Source: Thermodesulfobacteriota bacterium
Lineage (GTDB): Bacteria; Desulfobacterota; WTBG01
Assembly (NCBI GenBank): GCA_036446115.1
Contig: JAZFSJ010000376.1
Span: forward strand, 1 to 42,065
Direction of reading: 5' to 3'
Length of the DNA stretch: 42,065 nucleotides
In this document: one piece after another, positions 7,934 to 13,116 of the stretch
Numbering within the stretch: the stretch's first letter is position 1
Layout of the letters: every line of letters begins with the position of its first letter
The notes under the pieces: generated by a model
What the model was told of the DNA's origin: nothing
What the model saw: only the letters and a program-made list of their open reading frames with translations
Database searches by the model: none
Made by a program: the position numbers and the translations under genes

Positions 7934-8350
7934 CTAGTTAAGACGATATATGAAATACTCGCCTTGTTCATTCTCTTCACCATCATAACTTGACATAAAG
8001 TGACCACGCCCATCTGCACCGATAGCATCATCAATAAATTCGTCCATATTAACAATCAGGGCGGTTATAGCATCGTTAGCCCCTTCGCATTTGTCTTGTA
8101 AGGCTTTAACCATAGTTACAACAGCGTCATAGTCAATATTGGACTGCCCTGCAATAAAGTCGGCATTGAACGCCCAAACAGTTTCCCTGATATAGTCTGC
8201 TGCCTTCTGGTCGGCTTCATCATCAGTAAGAACCATGTATTCGCAGCCCTCAGCATCGAAAATCCCAGCATCGTAACCATCTTCTATATCATCGGCATTT
8301 ATTGACAAGTAAGTCGCTAAAGCCTGTTCTTTTGTTATTGTCTGTTTCAT
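7934..8350 (-). CDS. highly acidic early protein (138 aa), DNA-mimic/anti-restriction candidate
   Basis: Hand count gives 31 D/E versus 8 K/R. It is an early-operon gene. The function is inferred from charge only. Confidence 0.6.
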   Translation of the reverse strand: MKQTITKEQALATYLSINADDIEDGYDAGIFDAEGCEYMVLTDDEADQKAADYIRETVWAFNADFIAGQSNIDYDAVVTMVKALQDKCEGANDAITALIVNMDEFIDDAIGADGRGHFMSSYDGEENEQGEYFIYRLN

Positions 8351-8634
8351 TGTATCCCCCTTAAAGAGCCCCTTAGTATAGAGTTGGTTAGGCTGTTTTA
8401 GATTTTACTACCTACCCAACACCAGAAAGCAAAATTGCCTATTACTAATATCCATTCTGCGCAAGTTATATTGTATAGTTCAGCCATTTTCCCTGTACCC
8501 CTTAAAGTATTATCATTAAGTTAGCCAGTATAAAGGCTGTTATTATGAGTGTGTTAGCAATCGTTTTCCCCTGCATAGTAAGCCCCTATAAGATAAAGTG
8601 TTGAGAAAAAAAGAACCCCTCTTTATTTCGGACT

Positions 8635-8835
8635 CTATAGCAGTGAAAGTGTTTCCGTAAAGTCTGGTGGAGTATTAAGGTTAAGCATCTGTATACGGCA
8701 CTCTGTAGCTTTTAACTTGGTTTCTATTATCCCCTTAATCCGTATTGCCTCTGCCATTGTGAGGGCTTTCGTATATAGTGGTTGTTCGTGTTCGGCTTTA
8801 GGGGCTTTCCCCCAGATGATATATTCTCTATTCAT
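8635..8835 (-). CDS. hypothetical protein (66 aa)
   Basis: Track ORF. Confidence 0.5.
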   Translation of the reverse strand: MNREYIIWGKAPKAEHEQPLYTKALTMAEAIRIKGIIETKLKATECRIQMLNLNTPPDFTETLSLL

Positions 8836-8866
8836 TATTGCACCCCTTTATAGTTAGGTAGAGTGG

Positions 8867-9055
8867 TTAGATACTTTCAAATTTATTGCATTTACTCGAC
8901 TCATTGACTGTTGAGTATGGGTCTAACACAATAAGATAAGAACAAGTTAATTCGCAATCCACGAATGTCGAGTGTCTACAAGAGATACAAGTATCGGAAT
9001 ATGCTTCAAAACTGGATGCTTCCATAAATCCTATTGCCTTGCTATTTAAAGCCAT
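8867..9055 (-). CDS. Cys-rich hypothetical protein (62 aa)
   Basis: Track ORF containing the C..C......C....C pattern. Confidence 0.45.
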   Translation of the reverse strand: MALNSKAIGFMEASSFEAYSDTCISCRHSTFVDCELTCSYLIVLDPYSTVNESSKCNKFESI

Positions 9056-9180
9056 GTCAGAGCCTCAGTAGCTAGCCCTACAAGCGAAGCCACACCAGCA
9101 ACAACAAGTACGGAAGAGAAGGCTGCCATTAGCCCTACAAGTATAGTTTGATTGATGTAGTAGTTAATATCTTTAGTCAT
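9046..9180 (-). CDS. micro-ORF, 44 aa TM peptide
   Basis: My translation is MTKDINYYINQTILVGLMAAFSSVLVVAGVASLVGLATEALTWL. AAGGAGGC lies 6 nt upstream. Its leader is near-identical to the leader of 9266..9541. Confidence 0.45.
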   Translation of the reverse strand: MTKDINYYINQTILVGLMAAFSSVLVVAGVASLVGLATEALTWL

Positions 9181-9265
9181 TGTAAAGCCTCCTTGTTTGA
9201 TTGTTGTGTTGTTGTCTAAGACCGCCTAAGCGGTTTCGGGTATTGAACCCTCATCAGTTAGACTG

Positions 9266-9541
9266 TTAGTCGTTCAAGTAATACCTCGTTATATCAACAG
9301 TAGTGCCGTCGGTGTCGCATTTTAATGAGGCGTAGTGCTTAAAGTGTTTAGCGGTGTTAGAGTAAGTACCCTTGATTAGCTTTATCTGGTATCCGTCGAG
9401 TACTTGTAGTTGGATATTCGTACCATTATTGTTTTGCGATAGATACTGTATTGCTCTTGCATGAGCCTTCCTAAGGTTACTGTATATGCCGAGAGTACCG
9501 TCTTCGCTTCCTTCTACTGTATAGACCTTTTTGTCCGCCAT
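9266..9541 (-). CDS. hypothetical protein (91 aa), first gene of the leftward early operon
   Basis: Track ORF with CAGGAGGC upstream. It lies downstream of the minus-strand promoter at 9586-9613. Confidence 0.6.
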   Translation of the reverse strand: MADKKVYTVEGSEDGTLGIYSNLRKAHARAIQYLSQNNNGTNIQLQVLDGYQIKLIKGTYSNTAKHFKHYASLKCDTDGTTVDITRYYLND

Positions 9542-9585
9542 TGCCTTGCCTCCTGATTGATGGTTGTGTTGTTTAACTTAAATAC

Positions 9586-9613
9586 ATCATAACACGGTAA
9601 TTATATCTGTCAA
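9586..9613 (-). promoter_or_regulatory. sigma70-like promoter, leftward
   Basis: The minus strand reads TTGACA-N16-TATGAT. It lies 45 nt upstream of the ATG at 9541. Confidence 0.55.
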
Positions 9614-9686
9614 GCATTATTTTGTATATATTAGATAATAATTGTATTTAATATGTAAAGAGTAGTAATAACGATAGTTTGCAAGG

Positions 9687-9715
9687 TTGACTTTCCCAGA
9701 CAATAAATGTAGAGT
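9687..9715 (+). promoter_or_regulatory. sigma70-like promoter candidate, rightward
   Basis: TTGACT-N17-TAGAGT lies 20 nt upstream of the micro-ORF at 9736. The spacer contains CCCAGACAATAA, a near-copy of the CCCAGATAA motif. Confidence 0.4.
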
Positions 9716-9735
9716 AATAGAAAAGGGGGTATGGT

Positions 9736-9894
9736 ATGATTTGCGAATCTTGTAGTAAAGCAAATGAGCTAGACGAATATGTGGAAAATGTTACAGGATT
9801 TAGGAACGTAAACGGCAGTACATTATCTTATGCCAATTATTTGCGTACTTTCAGATGTGCTTGTGGTGAATCGAACCGCCCAGATAAAGGATAA
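9736..9894 (+). CDS. micro-ORF, 52 aa Cys-rich (CxxC ... CxC)
   Basis: My translation is MICESCSKANELDEYVENVTGFRNVNGSTLSYANYLRTFRCACGESNRPDKG. AAGGGGG lies 6 nt upstream. Confidence 0.45.
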   Translation: MICESCSKANELDEYVENVTGFRNVNGSTLSYANYLRTFRCACGESNRPDKG

Positions 9895-9897
9895 GCC

Positions 9898-10059
9898 ATG
9901 ATAAGAGCACTAGAGAGAGAGTTAAAGAGGGTAGAGACTTGCTTCTTTTATTTACAGAGGGGCTTTAATGCTTGTCGATGTTGCGTTGTCTACTCGTGCA
10001 GACGATACCAGATAGTGAATAAGAATATGCTGATAGATCACAAGATGCTGGCAACGTAA
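9898..10059 (+). CDS. micro-ORF, 53 aa Cys-rich
   Basis: My translation is MIRALERELKRVETCFFYLQRGFNACRCCVVYSCRRYQIVNKNMLIDHKMLAT. It starts 4 nt after the previous stop. Confidence 0.35.
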   Translation: MIRALERELKRVETCFFYLQRGFNACRCCVVYSCRRYQIVNKNMLIDHKMLAT

Positions 10060-10128
10060 ATCCCCAGATAAACACACTACTACAGACACTAAGGAAAGAG
10101 AACATACAGCAAAGCGTAAGGGGGCACT

Positions 10129-10299
10129 ATGAACTTCAAGATAGTAAAGACTGATAGGATAGACAGATACATCAATAGCAAGTTGGGGCAGGTATTAACG
10201 ATGCACGGCAGTGAAAAAGCACGTGAGGCAGCATACAAGCAAGCTAGGCTTAGAGAAGAGAATAGTATCAGGGTTTATCGATCAAAATCCCCCAGATAA
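10129..10299 (+). CDS. micro-ORF, 56 aa basic helical
   Basis: My translation is MNFKIVKTDRIDRYINSKLGQVLTMHGSEKAREAAYKQARLREENSIRVYRSKSPR. TAAGGGGG lies 6 nt upstream. Confidence 0.45.
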   Translation: MNFKIVKTDRIDRYINSKLGQVLTMHGSEKAREAAYKQARLREENSIRVYRSKSPR

Positions 10300-10331
10300 T
10301 AAAAGAACTAGACCTATAGACACATAAGGGA

Positions 10332-10359
10332 TTGACTTTAACCTATAACTAAGTATAAT
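10332..10359 (+). promoter_or_regulatory. sigma70-like promoter (TTGACT-N16-TATAAT)
   Basis: It has a perfect -10 and a 5/6 -35. The -10 ends 6 nt before the ATG at 10366, which implies a leaderless or near-leaderless mRNA. Confidence 0.55.
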
Positions 10360-10365
10360 AAGCGC

Positions 10366-10824
10366 ATGGAAACAGCAACAGACCTCACAACGTCACCAGA
10401 AGCAAAGAGTAGCAGACCGAAGATGATACCTATCGAACGGATGCTCCAGCTAAAGGATAAGAACCTTACAGACGAAGAGGTAGCAACTATACTAGGGTGT
10501 AATAGAAGCAATGTTTCTCGGAGGTTAGCAGAACACGCACCAAGGTTGCAAAAACTAGACAACTTCAAGAAGTACAGGGCTGATATACTTACAGATTTAC
10601 AGATAAAGGTACTTGATCACGTCACTGATGATAAATTAAACAGCTCCTCTGCCACTCAGTTAATCACTGGAATGGCCATATTGTACGATAAAGAGAGGCT
10701 TGAAAGAGGCCAATCTTCTACCAATTTGAGCGTTTCAGGGCTTGTTGAGAGCCATTCAGGCAAATTAGAGGCACTTGAGGCCGAATTAGCTAAAACTATG
10801 GGTACGTTGAGTATTGAGGAATAA
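10366..10824 (+). CDS. HTH DNA-binding protein; small terminase subunit or late regulator candidate
   Basis: It has the HTH LTDEEVATILGCNRSNVSRRL followed by a helical region (AILYDKERLERGQSSTN). It is the first large gene of the rightward block. Confidence 0.4.
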   Translation: METATDLTTSPEAKSSRPKMIPIERMLQLKDKNLTDEEVATILGCNRSNVSRRLAEHAPRLQKLDNFKKYRADILTDLQIKVLDHVTDDKLNSSSATQLITGMAILYDKERLERGQSSTNLSVSGLVESHSGKLEALEAELAKTMGTLSIEE

Positions 10825-10872
10825 CAGGGACTTACGCGGTTCAAGGTGCGATGTCCCCACGGGCGGGTAAGA

Positions 10873-11010
10873 ATGGTTGAGAAGGATAGCATGGACGATA
10901 TGATTGACAGTCTTAAGGCTAGGGACTTCAAGCGGTACATGGACGCAGTAGAGGAGTATATCAGGGACACTAAGCCACGTAGAACGCCTGTGGTTGGACG
11001 GGAAGAGTAG
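10873..11010 (+). CDS. micro-ORF, 45 aa
   Basis: My translation is MVEKDSMDDMIDSLKARDFKRYMDAVEEYIRDTKPRRTPVVGREE. It lies on the sense strand of the block. Confidence 0.35.
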   Translation: MVEKDSMDDMIDSLKARDFKRYMDAVEEYIRDTKPRRTPVVGREE

Positions 11011-11060
11011 GCAGGTGTGTTGGTAAAGTTCAAGGGGCTACAAGGGCGTGACAAGGCTGT

Positions 11061-11135
11061 TAGGGATTAGTTAGGCTTAGTTATATATAGTTAGGGGAGT
11101 AGGGGGAGGGTCGGGGGTGGATAGGGGGAGGGAGT
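11061..11135 (+). repeat. TTAGG-type degenerate repeats merging into G-tract cluster; TAGGGGGAGGG direct repeat (11100-11110, 11122-11132)
   Basis: The sequence is TAGGGATTAGTTAGGCTTAGTTATATATAGTTAGGGGAGTAGGGGGAGGGTCGGGGGTGGATAGGGGGAGGGAG. It has at least 6 G-runs of 3-5 with loops of at most 6 nt. Confidence 0.7.
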
Positions 11136-11183
11136 AAAGTTACTGCTCGTCTTCCGAGAGAAAAAAACAAAAAGGGGTGTAGC

Positions 11184-11381
11184 GTGGAAGATAATCCGTG
11201 TGTGATCTGTGAGGATTTGAGAAGTAAAAGAATATGTAGGGTGGCGAATAAGTTTGCTAAGAACTTTCATTGGTATCCTGAGAATTTCAGTAACAGACTT
11301 ATGGACAAGGTAGTTATGACTCTTAGGAATGCTTCTACACCTAATCATGCTTGCTACAGAGAAACACAGTGGTTTAAATAG
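11184..11381 (+). CDS. hypothetical Cys-containing protein (65 aa, GTG start)
   Basis: Track ORF. AAAGGGG lies upstream, and its stop abuts the next ATG (TAGATG). Confidence 0.45.
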   Translation: MEDNPCVICEDLRSKRICRVANKFAKNFHWYPENFSNRLMDKVVMTLRNASTPNHACYRETQWFK

Positions 11382-11741
11382 ATGACTTGCAAGAAGTGCG
11401 GTCGTACTGGGTTAGGGACTGAAGATTTCTACGGTAAGTCTACTAAGTGTAAGGATTGTGCTAAGGCTTATTCGCGGGATTATTGGAAGCAGAAAGGGAG
11501 ACTTAAAGACGTTACCCGTACCTACTGCCCTGAGTGTGGGTTAGATGGCAGGGAGTTTCATCGCAATACTACTTACTGTAAGGAATGTACGAGTAAGCGG
11601 AATAAACAGGCATATATGGGTCGTAAGAGTTCTAAGCTGAAGGGTTTGCATGAGTTAATGAATAAGACGGGAGACCGTGAGTTGTATATGCGGTATGCTC
11701 GGATGGTTGAAGAGGAGTTAGTCAGATGTGGGGGTTTATGA
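11382..11741 (+). CDS. multi-zinc-ribbon protein (four CxxC pairs)
   Basis: CKKCG...CKDC...CPECG...CKEC. Confidence 0.6.
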   Translation: MTCKKCGRTGLGTEDFYGKSTKCKDCAKAYSRDYWKQKGRLKDVTRTYCPECGLDGREFHRNTTYCKECTSKRNKQAYMGRKSSKLKGLHELMNKTGDRELYMRYARMVEEELVRCGGL

Positions 11742-11795
11742 TGAATAAATGCAAAGGTAGTAAAAAAGGTAGTAAATGTAAATAGGAGAGATAAG

Positions 11796-12173
11796 ATGAA
11801 GAGATTGTTACTTGCTGGAATTTTGGTACTTAGTTTTGCTGGCGTTAGTGTTGCTGGGGATGTTCAGAAGCTGTATCTAACTGGCACTTCTCAGGACTTT
11901 AATGTGAGTCGTTCTGTTTCGGAGGTAGGTAATGCTGATGAATGGAATCTTGAGGGTAGGGCTAAGGTCGTTCTTTACAAGGGATTTGGCGTTGATAGTT
12001 CTCTCAATTGGGGTGTCGGTAACGCTATTGATAGTTCTGATGCAACTGTAGGCGTGTTCTACCAGCCTAATGATTGGTCTGAGGTTTCTTACTCTACCAC
12101 CTTCGGCATTGACCGCTTTCAGGACGTAGGAGATGTTAGTGTGATAAAGGTTAGTATAGGTAAAGGGTTTTAA
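11796..12173 (+). CDS. secreted beta-rich protein, small outer-membrane-protein-like
   Basis: The signal peptide is MKRLLLAGILVLSFAGVSVA|GD. The C-terminus has an alternating hydrophobic pattern ending in ...SIGKGF, with the terminal Phe typical of BAM substrates. Confidence 0.55.
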   Translation: MKRLLLAGILVLSFAGVSVAGDVQKLYLTGTSQDFNVSRSVSEVGNADEWNLEGRAKVVLYKGFGVDSSLNWGVGNAIDSSDATVGVFYQPNDWSEVSYSTTFGIDRFQDVGDVSVIKVSIGKGF

Positions 12174-12176
12174 TTA

Positions 12177-12259
12177 GTAGAGGTGGCGGAATAGGTAGAC
12201 GTATGGGGGCTGAGAAGTCGTCAGTATGAAGGTCATGTTGGGGTTAGCCACCTGACTAC
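12177..12259 (+). ncRNA. tRNA-Leu-like 5' portion enclosed in an 11-bp hairpin; not a canonical tRNA
   Basis: GTAGAGG-TG-GCGGAATAGGTAGACGT corresponds to the acceptor 5' strand, U8 and a class II D arm. CTGAGAA is an anticodon-loop-like heptamer. There is no anticodon stem or T arm. Positions 12177-12187 pair with 12247-12259. Confidence 0.4.
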
Positions 12260-12331
12260 CCTTAAATGTGGGGAACCATATCATACGCGGTATACAGGCT
12301 AATACTATGTAGGGTGACTATACGAATATAT

Positions 12332-12350
12332 GTGGGTTCGATTCCCAACA
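12332..12350 (+). ncRNA. T-arm-like hairpin 1 (GGTTCGATTCC)
   Basis: GTGGG-TTCGATT-CCCAA forms 4 bp plus a G/A mismatch. I could not find a matching acceptor 5' strand. Confidence 0.35.
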
Positions 12351-12364
12351 AGTTCTTGGAGAAT

Positions 12365-12406
12365 GAGTCTTAACAGACAAGAGCGGTTCGATTCCGTAAA
12401 GGCTCG
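12365..12406 (+). ncRNA. tRNA-like acceptor/T-arm minihelix
   Basis: The layout is GAGTCTT-N10-AGCGG-TTCGATT-CCGTA-AAGGCTC-G. The acceptor stem is 7 bp with one G-U, the T loop is canonical, and D and anticodon arms are absent. Confidence 0.4.
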
Positions 12407-12499
12407 GCAAATCCCTGCCTTCTACTAACAAGAGTTGTCCCCCTGCGGGGGTTAGGGTTTCCCTCACTTCGCCCTGCCCCCGCGCCCTTGGAGGATATT

Positions 12500-12628
12500 A
12501 TGGCAGAACAGATGAGTTGTGTTGAATGTCTGATGTGTACTGAGGGATATGATAACTGCGTCCCTCGTCGTGAAGTATATATGGAGGTTTTATATGAGTA
12601 TCCAGAACAATGGCAGTGCGGTAAGTAA
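12500..12628 (+). CDS. micro-ORF, 42 aa Cys-rich
   Basis: My translation is MAEQMSCVECLMCTEGYDNCVPRREVYMEVLYEYPEQWQCGK. GGAGG lies 6 nt upstream. Confidence 0.45.
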   Translation: MAEQMSCVECLMCTEGYDNCVPRREVYMEVLYEYPEQWQCGK

Positions 12629-12749
12629 ATCTGTCACTACTACAGGTATAGAAGAGTTTGCTAATCAGCAGGATAATACGTTCAATGACGACCCACCTGC
12701 GGATATCAGTAATGTAAAAAGACCCGGACCCGGTAAAGACCAAGGTTAA
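12594..12749 (+). CDS. hypothetical protein (51 aa)
   Basis: Track ORF 12549..12749, trimmed to the internal ATG preceded by GGAGG (MSIQNNGSAVSK...). It overlaps the previous micro-ORF by 35 nt. Confidence 0.4.
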   Translation: MSIQNNGSAVSKSVTTTGIEEFANQQDNTFNDDPPADISNVKRPGPGKDQG

Positions 12750-12761
12750 TTAGGTATAATT

Positions 12762-12944
12762 ATGTTTAATAGGCAGGCTGAATTAGATAGTATAGATAGG
12801 GAACTAAAATCATTGGATAAGGTGAAGTCTTGGCTTCCCCTTGATATGGAAAAGAGATTTCTTGAAATGCTTGATTGGAAACTCGAATTTTGGGAGAATT
12901 TTACTAAAGAGGATGCAAGGGTTTGTGGCGTAGATTATGTTTGA
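12762..12944 (+). CDS. hypothetical protein (60 aa)
   Basis: Track ORF. Confidence 0.5.
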   Translation: MFNRQAELDSIDRELKSLDKVKSWLPLDMEKRFLEMLDWKLEFWENFTKEDARVCGVDYV

Positions 12945-13089
12945 TTATAAACGCGTTTTTGGTACAAGAGAAGAAGAAGACCGTTATCGTGCTAACTACG
13001 ATGCCATCGACTGGAATGATAGTAAGAAAGATGAAGATATTGGGCTAGCTGGCAAGCGAAAAGGAGAATCCGACTCCCTGCCCAAGTAA
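12937..13089 (+). CDS. hypothetical protein (50 aa), not on track
   Basis: My translation is MFDYKRVFGTREEEDRYRANYDAIDWNDSKKDEDIGLAGKRKGESDSLPK. It overlaps the previous gene by 8 nt. Confidence 0.4.
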   Translation: MFDYKRVFGTREEEDRYRANYDAIDWNDSKKDEDIGLAGKRKGESDSLPK

Positions 13090-13116
13090 AATTCGGAGAT
13101 ACCTACGGAGGGTATC

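Larger units (their letters stand above)
9879..10299 (+). repeat. three dispersed copies of CCCAGATAA (9879, 10063, 10291), each at the 3' end of a micro-ORF
   Basis: Exact 9-mers found by eye. Two further plus-strand copies lie at 465 and 7401. Confidence 0.6.

Noticed and set aside
11061-11100. TTAGGG-like units (TAGGGATTAG TTAGGCTTAG ... TTAGGGG, and GTTAGGGTTT at 12451) read as telomere-type repeats of a linear plasmid-prophage.
   Set aside because: The units are degenerate, few in number and internal to the window. No protelomerase gene or terminal hairpin-forming palindrome was seen.
11091-11348. An 85-aa minus-strand ORF ending in a PPPTLPLLP proline-rich tail.
   Set aside because: The proline run is simply the reverse-complement reading of the G-tract element at 11093-11135. 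The rest of the ORF overlaps the better-placed plus-strand ORF 11184..11381.
11741-11785. A 14-aa ORF, MNKCKGSKKGSKCK, overlapping the AAGGTAGTAAA direct repeat.
   Set aside because: It is too short, has no RBS, and its repetitive peptide is a by-product of the DNA repeat. The repeat is noted instead as a possible regulatory element in the moron-cassette finding.
12335-12395. The two identical GGTTCGATTCC copies, 50 nt apart, read as a mini CRISPR array or solitary repeat units.
   Set aside because: Identity is only 11 nt and the flanks do not extend the repeat. The 11-mer is the universal tRNA T-arm consensus. No cas genes are present.
12177-12430. A tmRNA (ssrA-like) or an intron-containing tRNA-Leu spanning the whole region, closed by GTAGAGG/CTTCTAC.
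   Set aside because: There is no G3:U70 and no T arm directly 5' of the putative 3' acceptor strand. I could find no tag-like reading frame ending in a stop. About 170 nt is too short for a group I intron. These points were judged by hand only, so the software checks listed in the finding are still worthwhile.
12332-12430. The tRNA 3'-end-like sequences read as an attP core for integration into a host tRNA gene.
   Set aside because: No integrase or excisionase gene is recognisable anywhere in the window. The fragments do not carry a full T-arm plus acceptor plus CCA segment contiguous with a recombinase gene.
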